A stretch of DNA of 56,833 bases from a virus (Duplodnaviria > Caudoviricetes), in IMG/VR virus record IMGVR_UViG_3300009788_000018, positions 1 through 56,833 of that record. One strand, 5' to 3'. Under the pieces are notes generated by a model. It was not told the DNA's origin. It made no database searches and saw only the letters and a program-made list of their open reading frames with translations. A program made the translations under genes and the position numbers. Below are positions 1-9,446 of this stretch, one piece after another. Positions within the stretch are counted from its first letter, which is position 1; every line of letters begins with the position of its first letter.

Positions 1-123
1 TCAAACTTCCAGACACCTGCGTCAGCAGTATCTGTAACATACAAATTACCGTCATCATCTTGATGAACAGCACCAATTACAATTCCAGCACCTAAATCAA
101 TTCTTCCTGCAGTTCCCCAATCA
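1..123. repeat. Terminal direct repeat, identical to 56711-56833 (circular assembly overlap)
   Basis: Exact 123-bp identity; the tail-tip reading frame continues through the junction. Confidence 0.95.
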
Positions 124-833
124 GGGTCAAGTGTTCCATCACGAAGATGTTTATAGACGTACCGAGCTAAACTACCTGAAGAGGAACGAGAAAATCCTTC
201 AATACCCAACAATGATGCTGGAAAACCTTCAACCTCAAAAGTAAAGTTCGGAATCTGTTCGCTATTTCCAAGATCATACTCATCAAAATATGCACAGCAG
301 ATATGCTTATACTCAGCAAAATCTTTATCAATCACTGCACCTATCTGAGTATTATTAAACCCTGGAAAGACTGTGAAGGCATCTAGGTCAATCTCTGTCT
401 TACCTGCCCATGCTCTTAGTACCTGGGCTGGACCATGACAGATACCAATCATGAAGGACTTTCTAAATCTTGTTTCTGTAGTCTCTCCACCACTAGAACC
501 CCCTCCACCTTTTCCGCCTCCCCCACTGGAATGTTTTATTGTGTACGGATGAGTCTCGCCCAGGAAGATAACATTACCAGCAGCTAAGTCAGTTCCATAG
601 ACTATCTGGATAGGTCCGGTCTTCCCTGCGTTCTGCACAGGATAGGTAGCCATCTCTGGCATCTTAACATCACTGTTCGCTGGGAAGATAACGGTACCTA
701 GGAAGCCACCCGCCAAACCACCAAGAGCGTAACCCATCTTAGCTCCAGCAGGACCAGCTATCATACCACCAACGATAGCTCCACCTATTGTTAAGGCCAT
801 TCGGCCAAAAGATTTTCCGCTTTCACCACTCAT
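1..833 (-). CDS. Tail tip / host-specificity protein (J-like, GTA-type), N-terminal part; joins 56710..53860 (total about 1227 aa)
   Basis: Manual translation from ATG 833 (MSGESGKSFGRMALTIGGAIVGG...PIQIVYGT...GNVIF...IGICHGP...RAWAGK...IPNFTFEVEG) is open to base 1. It follows NlpC/P60 and is missing from the ORF track. Confidence 0.85.
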   Translation of the reverse strand, partial: MSGESGKSFGRMALTIGGAIVGGMIAGPAGAKMGYALGGLAGGFLGTVIFPANSDVKMPEMATYPVQNAGKTGPIQIVYGTDLAAGNVIFLGETHPYTIKHSSGGGGKGGGGSSGGETTETRFRKSFMIGICHGPAQVLRAWAGKTEIDLDAFTVFPGFNNTQIGAVIDKDFAEYKHICCAYFDEYDLGNSEQIPNFTFEVEGFPASLLGIEGFSRSSSGSLARYVYKHLRDGTLDPDWGTAGRIDLGAGIVIGAVHQDDDGNLYVTDTADAGVWKF

Positions 834-1279
834 TTATATTTGCTCATCTTTCTTTCGCTAAACCTATAAGTTTTTGTCCACCTAGTGGCATGCTCAGAGT
901 TTTCTAGATATCCATATTTGCATTTTTGTTTTGCTCGGCTGTGTACGAACAGACCATCCTTAATATAAATGCCTACATGTGCATTGCATTTTCCCCATTT
1001 AAAAACAACTATATCTCCTCTTTGGAGTTCAGAGTTTGGAACAAGATCTGCCACACGTTCTAACTGAGCCACAATAATTTCAGAAGCTCCAGCATGTAGA
1101 TTCCAATCCATTTTATATTGTGGAAGAGAATAGCTCTTTAAAAGTTTTAACTCTCTAGCAATACCAATTATAAGTCCTGTACAATCGCAACCTCTACGAG
1201 TCATACCTCTATGCCGATAGGGTATATCTAGCTTTTGCCATTCAATAGCTTTGTCTGCAATTTCTTTGCTAATATCCAT
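830..1279 (-). CDS. NlpC/P60 tail-associated peptidase
   Basis: PYRHRG...GCDCTGL, GDIVVF, HVGIY, FVHS motifs; position in the tail module. Confidence 0.9.
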   Translation of the reverse strand: MDISKEIADKAIEWQKLDIPYRHRGMTRRGCDCTGLIIGIARELKLLKSYSLPQYKMDWNLHAGASEIIVAQLERVADLVPNSELQRGDIVVFKWGKCNAHVGIYIKDGLFVHSRAKQKCKYGYLENSEHATRWTKTYRFSERKMSKYK

Positions 1280-2337
1280 TACATAATCGTTTCTTGTACT
1301 TTAGGTATATATAGGAACCCCAGAAAGTTAGTTTCATTCTCAAACTTATTTCTACATGCTTCCAACGCTCGTTTATCACAACCCGGATAAACATTGTAAG
1401 TAACTGTATTCAGAATAGGTGTCTGGAAAGCTACGGCCATAGTAACTACTCCACCTGAGCTTAGTATGATCATACGTTTTTCACCACTATTAGCTCCATT
1501 GGTAATCTCCATCTCGCCCATCTCGTAAAAAGTTGTATCTTCAAGAGGAGTTCCGTTTACAGTAACTGCGTTACCACCCCCAGTTATTATTTCGTCATCA
1601 GCAAACTGTGTTGTATTCTCTACATACCAAATGAATCCAGAAGACGAACCAACATAGGAAATACCAACACATTTTCCATCTCCTGCTATACTACCTGACA
1701 AACTATCGCCAATCTCGACTGGGTTATCTGAGTCTCCTCCATCAAAAGCAACCTTGTATACTATAAGGTCTGTGTCGTTAACTGTGAAATTATCTGAAGC
1801 GTCAGAAGTAGCAGCACCTGCGTATGCATGATCAGCTTGAGTTAAAGCACAACCCGTATCGTAAAGAGTATAATTACAAGGCTCTTGGAATATCTGCCTA
1901 GGTACTTGGATATTAAGACTATCCAGAATAGACTTACAACTCAGAACTAAAATTGACCTATCAAATTTTACGTCACAGGTACCGATGAACAGAATTAACT
2001 CCATATTCTCAGCGTAAGATTGATCCCAGAAAATTCGCTTAACAGTTATCTGAGCATTATCTAAAGCATTTGACTGAACTATATCAAACAGTTCTCCTGT
2101 AATATTCTGAACTCTTATCTCTACTGAATCAACCTCTAGGTTTACATTGTTACTGATAGGACCTCGAGAGATTTGTTCATGGGCATAGGTATTAGAGCCA
2201 GCATCCCAAATAAGATCTCTCTGATGGGAAGTGTAATACAGAGTAGTCCCTGTCCGTAGCACTACGGTATAAAGCTCAGCGATCTTTAAACGTTTGGCAG
2301 TTAAGAAATTTATGAAGGCAGCAGCAGGATTTTTCAT
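1279..2337 (-). CDS. Tail hub protein (DUF2163/BR0599-like)
   Basis: CNYTLYDTGC and PGCDK...C..KF.N..NF.GF..IP C-terminal signature. Confidence 0.85.
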   Translation of the reverse strand: MKNPAAAFINFLTAKRLKIAELYTVVLRTGTTLYYTSHQRDLIWDAGSNTYAHEQISRGPISNNVNLEVDSVEIRVQNITGELFDIVQSNALDNAQITVKRIFWDQSYAENMELILFIGTCDVKFDRSILVLSCKSILDSLNIQVPRQIFQEPCNYTLYDTGCALTQADHAYAGAATSDASDNFTVNDTDLIVYKVAFDGGDSDNPVEIGDSLSGSIAGDGKCVGISYVGSSSGFIWYVENTTQFADDEIITGGGNAVTVNGTPLEDTTFYEMGEMEITNGANSGEKRMIILSSGGVVTMAVAFQTPILNTVTYNVYPGCDKRALEACRNKFENETNFLGFLYIPKVQETIM

Positions 2338-2963
2338 CAGTCAAGAACCTCCATTATGTCGATGTTCCCCGCGCTCCAAATATTTTTCACATTAGAAGAA
2401 TCAGTGTAAGCATCTATATCAAATCTGACTCTAAAGTAGAAACGATAGTGAGCAGTTATAACCGCCCCTGCTCCAGGAGCTCCACTAAATATAACAATCC
2501 CAGTCGTATCGTCTAGAGTATAGTCAGTGTCCTCTACCTGAACTACACCATCAATCTTAACCGTGGGTTGGCAAATAGTTCCTGGCTGGATATCTTTTTT
2601 ATCTTCATCCCAGGATTCGGCCTCACCTGGATAGTAAGTTTTGATAAGTTGGAAATCTGTCTGAGCCGCGATGGCAGTTATACTACACTCAGTAAAGTCA
2701 CATTCAGAATCCTCAGGATCTTCGAAGAGAAAGGATAGGTAACGTCCTTTTGCTCGATTAAATAGTTCTACCAACTTAGCAATCTCATCGCCAGTTAGAT
2801 TATTATAGGGTAAAGACCAATGACGTTTGGGTTGTTCCAGAAGTTGATTAGCTACCTCAGTTCCGGAATCCATCTCAACTATGTCAGTCCTCCACTCGAA
2901 GGTTCTTCCCAGAGGATAGTTATAGAGCTTATTATCAATAAAAGTATTTAGTAGTATATTCAT
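2337..2963 (-). CDS. Distal tail protein (DUF2460-like)
   Basis: SGTEV, F.FEDP.D, FQLIKTY and FRVRFD motifs; follows the tape measure. Confidence 0.8.
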   Translation of the reverse strand: MNILLNTFIDNKLYNYPLGRTFEWRTDIVEMDSGTEVANQLLEQPKRHWSLPYNNLTGDEIAKLVELFNRAKGRYLSFLFEDPEDSECDFTECSITAIAAQTDFQLIKTYYPGEAESWDEDKKDIQPGTICQPTVKIDGVVQVEDTDYTLDDTTGIVIFSGAPGAGAVITAHYRFYFRVRFDIDAYTDSSNVKNIWSAGNIDIMEVLD

Positions 2964-2964
2964 T

Positions 2965-5058
2965 TTATTGCCTTCTTCTAGATGGATTATTATTGTTCAT
3001 TTCTCTATCCATAACAGCGGCCAACATTTTACTATTATCACTTAAGAAAGCAAAGGTTCCTGGTCCATCTATAGCTGAGACGTTAATATTTATGATTGGC
3101 CTCCCCCGACCGACTTGATCCTTAGGTGTAACCTCTTCACCTTTCTGCAAGATCGCACCAAACTCGTCAGGGGCCAGTCCTTTATGCAAGCGAGGTAGAT
3201 AATCAGATGGAATCCCATTATGCCCTGACACGAATGTTGCTCCAATTTCTCCTAGACCCATACCAGTGGCTGCTTGAGCAGTTCCTGCAGCCATTACTTG
3301 TGGGCCTCCACCACCGAATAATCCAGCTAGTAAACCTCCAAAGCCAGCTCCTGCTCCTCCTGCTGCTCCTGTCATTTGTTGGCGGATCAACATTTCTGCT
3401 TGTACTCTAATCCACTCAGCCAACATATCAGAAGCCATCTGCATAAAGGATTGCTGAATACCATCGAATACATTAATTAATCCCTGCTCAAAAGTTATGG
3501 CCTTATTTCCTAAGTCCATAAAGACATCGCTTAGACTGGCTTGGATTCTGTTACCCGCTTGGTTCCAATGATTAGCAACACTTTGAGAAACTTCTTTCTG
3601 TTGGGCCTCAGCTTCTCTAAGCCTAGTAGCTTCAATTTGCATCCTCTCTTCAGCTTCTCCCTCGTTACCAAGTCCAGCATCTATTTCTGATAGACGGGCC
3701 ATCAACTTTTCCTGACTTCCAATTATATCGACGTTGGCGGCCTCTAGTATCTTCAATGAATTTTCTTTATATTCTTTCCAAGTCTTACCAGCAGTTTCAT
3801 TGAACCCAGCAAAAGTAGACTCAGTTGCTTCTTGCAACATTTGCTGTCTTGCTAAGTTTTGCATTATAAGATTATCAGCTCCAGCATAAAACTTCTTATA
3901 TCCAACAAGCAATCCCTCACTTTGTTTCTGAAAGAAGTTTCTTTCCTCAGGAGGTCTACCATATAATTGTTCAAACATATCTTCAGCTTTAGCAAAGCCT
4001 CCTCTCCCAGGACCGGCCATTCCTTTCTTTATAGCTTGGGCAATTCCTCGACCAGTTCTAAAAGCTACATCTATAGCGAGTTTTCCTCCCAGCTCAATAG
4101 TCTGAACAAACAAATCCCAGACTACTCCCCATCCAGCAGTAAAATCGTTTGTGGCGAAGGAAATCAGATCACCGAGAATATCTTTTATAAAACCTATATG
4201 GGCTACAACTTTACTGCTCATTATACCAATCTTTTCCTCGTTATCCACGGCCCATTGATTAATTTCTCTAGCAGTTTCTTTAATGGAAGAAAGGAAAGGT
4301 TTTCCAATTGCTTCAGCTACGTCACCAATCGCATTCCACATTTGTTTTAATGCACCACTTGCGGTATCGACGTCTTTAGCCATTCCACCGAACTGTCCTT
4401 CGAGTTCTGTCAAGATCAGATCTTGAGCTTTAGCTATTTGATTAGTGTCCATAAACTGTTGGACCATTTTCTTTTGCTGGTCAGTAAACTTGACACCCAC
4501 ACGACTTAATGCGGTCATACCGACCATAGGATCATTAAGAGCTTTACCTAATTGGATTGACGAAGCACTGAGATCAACAGTCCTACCAGTAACTGCTGCC
4601 ATACCTGTTGCCATGTCAAGCGTAGCCTCAGTTGCTCTTTGGAACACATCTCCTTTTATGCTTTTGAAAGTAAGCAGCATAGTTTGTAATGCGATGATTG
4701 ATTCATCACCAAACCTTGTTACCTTTTGTAGAGCTGCAGCTTGTTCTAGTAATTCTCTTTTGGTAAGTCCCGCAGCATGTTGTGTTGCTTTAAGAGTGAT
4801 GGCTAATCTTTTTTCAACATCCTCCTGCTTCATAGCCGCACGAGTTACTAAGAGGAAAGCTCCTGCTAATGCAAGTGCTCCAACCTTAGCAACTCGTACC
4901 ATCTTATCGAAAGCTGATTTGAATGAAGCAGACATTCGTTTGAAAGTCTTTTCTATTCTATCCACAGTCCTAGTGACTAAGCCTCTAGCTTTGTCTAGTT
5001 GGGCTTTGACCTTAGCAGAATCAAGTTTTAATTCGATGTCAGCGGTAAAGAAATTCAT
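2965..5058 (-). CDS. Tail tape measure protein
   Basis: Long helical Ala/Gly-rich ORF, LGKALNDP..G..AL.RVGV.F motif, C-terminal DE..AILQKGE.V; follows the chaperones. Confidence 0.9.
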   Translation of the reverse strand: MNFFTADIELKLDSAKVKAQLDKARGLVTRTVDRIEKTFKRMSASFKSAFDKMVRVAKVGALALAGAFLLVTRAAMKQEDVEKRLAITLKATQHAAGLTKRELLEQAAALQKVTRFGDESIIALQTMLLTFKSIKGDVFQRATEATLDMATGMAAVTGRTVDLSASSIQLGKALNDPMVGMTALSRVGVKFTDQQKKMVQQFMDTNQIAKAQDLILTELEGQFGGMAKDVDTASGALKQMWNAIGDVAEAIGKPFLSSIKETAREINQWAVDNEEKIGIMSSKVVAHIGFIKDILGDLISFATNDFTAGWGVVWDLFVQTIELGGKLAIDVAFRTGRGIAQAIKKGMAGPGRGGFAKAEDMFEQLYGRPPEERNFFQKQSEGLLVGYKKFYAGADNLIMQNLARQQMLQEATESTFAGFNETAGKTWKEYKENSLKILEAANVDIIGSQEKLMARLSEIDAGLGNEGEAEERMQIEATRLREAEAQQKEVSQSVANHWNQAGNRIQASLSDVFMDLGNKAITFEQGLINVFDGIQQSFMQMASDMLAEWIRVQAEMLIRQQMTGAAGGAGAGFGGLLAGLFGGGGPQVMAAGTAQAATGMGLGEIGATFVSGHNGIPSDYLPRLHKGLAPDEFGAILQKGEEVTPKDQVGRGRPIININVSAIDGPGTFAFLSDNSKMLAAVMDREMNNNNPSRRRQ

Positions 5059-5375
5059 TCGTTCAGCTCTCTTTCTATTCTAAAACATTGTAAGACTTGC
5101 TCAAAAACATCTCTGCTGTTTTCCTTGGATATATCGTTCATATCCATGATTATCTTAACAGCATTGTAGTCAAGTCCTAGCACTACACCAGATGGAGCTA
5201 TTCTTAATTGGTTCCGTACTAAGAAGTAAACTTCTACGACCTCAATATTTTGTTCATCAAGTTCAACAAAGCATTTTTCACAAGGAGGAAACGAAGTGGA
5301 ACCCCGATCTTCGTAAAGCTCCTGGCAAGCTTCGCAACTAGGTTTTTCTAATTGCCACCCGATGAACTCTCGGAG
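5055..5375 (-). CDS. Tail assembly chaperone -1 frameshift extension (gpGT-like)
   Basis: Open -1 frame of 106 sense codons (LREFIGWQLEKPSCEAC...GLDYNAV...RELNE*) starting at A AAA AAC; its TGA overlaps the tape-measure ATG. Confidence 0.85.
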   Translation of the reverse strand, partial: LREFIGWQLEKPSCEACQELYEDRGSTSFPPCEKCFVELDEQNIEVVEVYFLVRNQLRIAPSGVVLGLDYNAVKIIMDMNDISKENSRDVFEQVLQCFRIERELNE

Positions 5376-5761
5376 TTTTTTAATCTGGCATTCTCGAGAG
5401 TTTCGTTCACCGATACAAGGTTTTCAATGCAATCAGTAACAAACTTGCAGAAGTCGGTGCACTTCATCATGGCCTGTTTGTTTTCTCCAGTGCATTCCTG
5501 CTCTTTACCATCAAGCTGTATACCCTTCCAATTGGTAATACAGTAATCCCACGTCATGTGAGAAGCGGTCTTGGCATCAATATCAGAAGTTTCCTGCATA
5601 CGACCAGCGTGAGGTCGGCGTTTAACTTTAACAGTAATCTTCTCTATCCGCTTGGCCTCTTCAATACCTAGCTCTCTGAGACAGACACCACCTTTATCAT
5701 GGTCATCCTCGTCAAAGTGAAACCACTTGCCTTCGTTTTTTGAGCTAAAATTAATTCCCAT
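5348..5761 (-). CDS. Tail assembly chaperone (gpG-like)
   Basis: Lies between tail tube and tape measure; slippery heptamer near the 3' end. Confidence 0.8.
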   Translation of the reverse strand: MGINFSSKNEGKWFHFDEDDHDKGGVCLRELGIEEAKRIEKITVKVKRRPHAGRMQETSDIDAKTASHMTWDYCITNWKGIQLDGKEQECTGENKQAMMKCTDFCKFVTDCIENLVSVNETLENARLKNSESSSGGN

Positions 5762-5914
5762 CTTAAATCTCCTTTATTAGTTTGGGTTTCGGTTTGGTTA
5801 ATTATATACTCAGGTCAGGGACCTTCAGCATCCGGAGGCAGTCCCATCCTTCCCAAACCTTTTTCATCCGAATTTAGGAGTACAGAGTACCGACCTGAGT
5901 ATTTGTTCGTGCTA

Positions 5915-6418
5915 TTAATCTAGACCTAACGCTACCAGGTCAAAGGTGACAGTTCCAGCAGTGGCGGCTGCCAGTTTCAGATTCTTGTTCGTGCTGGTAA
6001 CAATTCCAGCAGCAGTTGGATCTACCCAGAAGAATATTCCATTTGGTTGAATCACTATCGCATCAGTTGTACCGTTTGCAATAAGCAAGTCAAGCGATGC
6101 ACCACCCAGAATTTCCAGCGATAAAGTTGCATGCGTATTCTTAATATACAGCAGCTTTATTGCAGCCATGGTAAGAGCATTACCAAAGGCATCCACCAAA
6201 CTGCCACTAGCAAACAAGTCTAACGTTTCGCCTGTATCATCTGTAGACCTAGAGTCATGGAATAATACATTCGCCTGATTCGCTCCCGTTCCAAAGGACC
6301 AAGTAATCCCAGCATTGATAACTAGATCGTCGAGCACATTACTCAGATCAATAGAATCAGTATACTTGAGGTTAATACCCACATTGGTATTACCAGTTAA
6401 TCCACTTCCATTTGCCAT
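5915..6418 (-). CDS. Putative structural protein (beta-rich)
   Basis: Good SD, Gly/Ala/Thr-rich, inside the tail operon. Confidence 0.55.
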   Translation of the reverse strand: MANGSGLTGNTNVGINLKYTDSIDLSNVLDDLVINAGITWSFGTGANQANVLFHDSRSTDDTGETLDLFASGSLVDAFGNALTMAAIKLLYIKNTHATLSLEILGGASLDLLIANGTTDAIVIQPNGIFFWVDPTAAGIVTSTNKNLKLAAATAGTVTFDLVALGLD

Positions 6419-6467
6419 TTTATGTCTCCTAACTTTTTAGATTATTAATTTTTAGTTTCAACTACGG

Positions 6468-6896
6468 TTAATATATGGCCTTCATCTTGCCACTTACCTT
6501 GAAGGTAGCGTTAAACGTTCCAGTGCCTGACTTGTCGTTATCAACATTGTTATACTTTGTACATGTAACATATGTAGCCGGAGTTGTAGTCGAATCAGGG
6601 AATTGATAAAACCCATCAGACTGACTAAGATACAATTTGAGGTCTGTGATCTGTTCCCCACTATCAAATTTGGTTTTTAACAATTGCTGACCAGCATCTT
6701 CGTCGATCAAGTAGTTTCCAGTAACAGTGATCTCACCTCCTTCGATCTGACCAGGAATATGAGTCATATGCTCATCACCAAACTCGGTATCTTCTAACAT
6801 AGTTCTAACCGCACCGGAGTTGGACCATGTAGTTGAACCACCTATTACAACAACCCCGATTAAAACTCTTCCTTTGTAACCTGCTTTTAACGTCAT
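6468..6896 (-). CDS. Major tail tube protein
   Basis: TEFGD...IPG..EGGEIT.TGN...D.GQ..L and F.VSG C-terminus typical of siphophage tube proteins. Confidence 0.75.
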   Translation of the reverse strand: MTLKAGYKGRVLIGVVVIGGSTTWSNSGAVRTMLEDTEFGDEHMTHIPGQIEGGEITVTGNYLIDEDAGQQLLKTKFDSGEQITDLKLYLSQSDGFYQFPDSTTTPATYVTCTKYNNVDNDKSGTGTFNATFKVSGKMKAIY

Positions 6897-6908
6897 GATC
6901 TGTCTCCT

Positions 6909-7376
6909 TTAAATACCCATTAAGTTATACAAAAATTTATTTGTAACAGCATGTGCAATTACGCCGTCGTATTCAAGTACACATCTGTATAATACATTAT
7001 ACTGCCATACCTTTTCTATCCTTGTTCTGACTGCTTGTTCTCTTACCAAAGAAACTGGTTGAAAGTTATCCATAAATACTAGATCGTGATAATCAAATCC
7101 CTGGCCCAAATCTTTATCACCTTTTAAAAGATTAAACAAAACTCCTATCTCTTTACCAGAGGACTTTTTACTGAACAGATTAAACTGAATTAGACAATCC
7201 TCAAAGTCTTCAGTAAACGTAAATTCAGGCACATCACTGATGATAGAAACTACACCGTAAGGAAATACCGCATCTGCTGGAGCTTCTGTATCATACAACT
7301 CTGTTAAGTGAGTTGCGCTAGTAGCCAGAGGATCTTCCTCAAAATGATCATGGATAGCTGTGAATACTTCATTCAT
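6909..7376 (-). CDS. Tail terminator/completion protein, paralog 2
   Basis: YDTEAP...FPY, IQFNLFS; DUF3168-like position. Confidence 0.7.
   Translation of the reverse strand: MNEVFTAIHDHFEEDPLATSATHLTELYDTEAPADAVFPYGVVSIISDVPEFTFTEDFEDCLIQFNLFSKKSSGKEIGVLFNLLKGDKDLGQGFDYHDLVFMDNFQPVSLVREQAVRTRIEKVWQYNVLYRCVLEYDGVIAHAVTNKFLYNLMGI
7091..7187. repeat. 97-bp exact direct repeat, copy 1 (copy 2 at 7504-7600)
   Basis: Base-by-base identity between the two tail-terminator paralogs. Confidence 0.9.
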
Positions 7377-7378
7377 AA

Positions 7379-7789
7379 TTATTCCACCTGGAATGTTGAA
7401 GAATAGTTAACTTCGTATTGCCATACCTTCTCTACTCGAGTACGAATAGATTCACCTCTTACCATACTGACTGCCCCATATCCAGTTATGGCCAGGTCCT
7501 TAAAATCAAATCCCTGGCCCAAATCTTTATCACCTTTTAAAAGATTAAACAAAACTCCTATCTCTTTACCAGAGGACTTTTTACTGAACAGATTAAACTG
7601 GATAATGGGGTTCTCAAAATCTTCAGTAAATGTAAAGTCCGGTGATCCTCCAATGATCGAGACTGTTCCATAAGGAAATACCGCATCCGATGGAGCTTCA
7701 GTATCGTACAAAGCAGTCAAGCTTGGAGTACCCGTGTTTAATGGGTCTGTCAAAAAATGACTTTGTATTGCGATAAGCAGTTCGTTCAT
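7379..7789 (-). CDS. Tail terminator/completion protein, paralog 1
   Basis: Same motifs; follows the HK97 gp10-like gene. Confidence 0.7.
   Translation of the reverse strand: MNELLIAIQSHFLTDPLNTGTPSLTALYDTEAPSDAVFPYGTVSIIGGSPDFTFTEDFENPIIQFNLFSKKSSGKEIGVLFNLLKGDKDLGQGFDFKDLAITGYGAVSMVRGESIRTRVEKVWQYEVNYSSTFQVE
7504..7600. repeat. 97-bp exact direct repeat, copy 2
   Basis: Identical to 7091-7187. Confidence 0.9.
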
Positions 7790-7792
7790 TAT

Positions 7793-8098
7793 TTATCCTT
7801 TAGTAAATAACCGTTTTATCCTAGCCATGTTTGCCATCAGTGCTGGACGTAGAAAAGGTTGAGCTGCCATCTTAACCGTGCCCATCTCTATATGAGGAGC
7901 ATACTCTACGTTACTACCAACAACAGCCTTATTCTTTGTAACCTTGTGAGTAATACTACGTCTCAGCGTTCCCGTCTCTACAGGAGCTAATTGTTTAGCA
8001 GTACGTTCTACCATCAAGGCAGCTGTCTCTAGCTTCTCCTGGCTTTTTCTTTCTATCTCGGCCATAACCTTATCTGTGTTATCCATAATTTTAGCCAT
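7793..8098 (-). CDS. HK97 gp10-family tail-component protein
   Basis: APVETGTLRRSI...VGSNVEYA..E.GT..M.AQPFLRPA. Confidence 0.9.
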   Translation of the reverse strand: MAKIMDNTDKVMAEIERKSQEKLETAALMVERTAKQLAPVETGTLRRSITHKVTKNKAVVGSNVEYAPHIEMGTVKMAAQPFLRPALMANMARIKRLFTKG

Positions 8099-8288
8099 CC
8101 AGCATATCCTCGATGTCGTTATGTAGCATAATACTTTCGTTATTTATACGGCTAAGAGTTTTTTCTAACTCATTTAACTCACCTCTAAAAGTAATAAGTT
8201 GTTGATGTAGTTCTTGAAGTTTTTTTCTTTTCTCTAACACTAATTTCTCAGCTTTTTCTTTTACTTGTTCTTCCTCGTTCTCAGTCAT
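8091..8288 (-). CDS. Small coiled-coil hypothetical protein
   Basis: Overlaps both neighbours in the operon. Confidence 0.55.
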   Translation of the reverse strand: MTENEEEQVKEKAEKLVLEKRKKLQELHQQLITFRGELNELEKTLSRINNESIMLHNDIEDMLDG

Positions 8289-8602
8289 GTCACTCCACCA
8301 ACCTTTCTTACCGTCAAAATCATATAACGATTAACCTCGTCAGGATTTGCAACATCTACAACTTCGTATCTAGTTCCATCGTACTCAATCATGTCTTCGT
8401 TGATAATGTCGATCTTACTACAATAGATCACGGCATCTCTGAAGTAAGAGTTTTTACCAAAGAATATTTTCTCAGTCCCTTTCTTCCAGTTAATACGACA
8501 AGGTACATCTTGATTAATGACGTTATGAACCTTAGTCCATCCACCTTGACCGTCGGGTACTCTGGCGGGTCTGAGTATATTGATTTTAGATTTATACTGC
8601 AT
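8285..8602 (-). CDS. Head closure / head-tail adaptor
   Basis: DGQGGW, D.I.YDG.RYEV..V..P; synteny. Confidence 0.8.
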   Translation of the reverse strand: MQYKSKINILRPARVPDGQGGWTKVHNVINQDVPCRINWKKGTEKIFFGKNSYFRDAVIYCSKIDIINEDMIEYDGTRYEVVDVANPDEVNRYMILTVRKVGGVT

Positions 8603-9443
8603 TGATCAAACTCTTCTTTCTGATATATCTTCTAATCAATCGGTCGGCCTCATGAATACCCGTAAGATAAGTTTTCTGACCACGGTTAGCGGTAGCATCT
8701 CCAAGTTTATCAGAAACCAGATCATCATACTTAGTATAGAGAGTTCCATCATTCTCGAATCTGGCCATGATTACTGCAGCTTGTTGTATAGCCCTGGGAG
8801 TAGTAACCCATCCATAGGTACCAGTGACTGAGACATTCATTGTTCCCTTTGGGAAGAGTCCGCCTCGTTGCCCAGTCTGATAAACTAGTTCTGATAATGA
8901 AGCGAATATAAGATTCCCTGAAACAAAGACACCAGAATAGTCGCTGCTGTCTGTCCCATTCAAAGAAAGCGCATCATTATCTAGCTTAACTACTCCATAG
9001 TCCCCAGCAAGATCTGGTGTAACTCCTACCATTGAGATTAACCGAGCAACCTGTCCAGTAATAAAACCATGGGCTGTTGCATTTACCTGAACCGGATCGC
9101 TACCAGCCAAAGTAATACCCTCGATGGCTTGTGTTTGAGCAGTAACTAATGCTGCTTGGAATATGCTGCTCTTATCAAAAGCATACAGGTTATCCTGAAC
9201 AACCACTTCGTTAAGTTTAACTTCCGTTACACTCAGGATATCTGGATTCTGCTGTAGCCATAGACGAGATTTACCGGTACCATTCTTCACCACACTAAAC
9301 GCCTTAGCATAGAAGCAGTCACGAGTAAGCTTCTCAATCATCTCCTCGACTAGTTCTATGACAACAAGCTTATCTGGATCTGTATAACTAGTTGGCCAGT
9401 TATCCACGTCCGAATCTGTTATGTAGTTTCCTTCTGCCGACAT
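8592..9443 (-). CDS. Head-tail connector with inserted beta domain
   Basis: FPKG..NV.V.GTYGW..P..I..A pattern of gp6/gp15-like adaptors, with an internal insertion. Confidence 0.7.
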   Translation of the reverse strand: MSAEGNYITDSDVDNWPTSYTDPDKLVVIELVEEMIEKLTRDCFYAKAFSVVKNGTGKSRLWLQQNPDILSVTEVKLNEVVVQDNLYAFDKSSIFQAALVTAQTQAIEGITLAGSDPVQVNATAHGFITGQVARLISMVGVTPDLAGDYGVVKLDNDALSLNGTDSSDYSGVFVSGNLIFASLSELVYQTGQRGGLFPKGTMNVSVTGTYGWVTTPRAIQQAAVIMARFENDGTLYTKYDDLVSDKLGDATANRGQKTYLTGIHEADRLIRRYIRKKSLINAV

Positions 9444-9446
9444 TTT

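Noticed and set aside
1-123. Biological terminal repeat
   Set aside because: It falls mid-gene and the frame is continuous, as expected of an assembler circular overlap.
5806-5902. tRNA or hammerhead ribozyme
   Set aside because: No T-loop or anticodon architecture and no intact CUGAUGA/GAAA core; kept only as a generic structured element.
7091-7600. Diversity-generating retroelement TR/VR pair
   Set aside because: No reverse transcriptase, and the copies are identical rather than differing at adenines.
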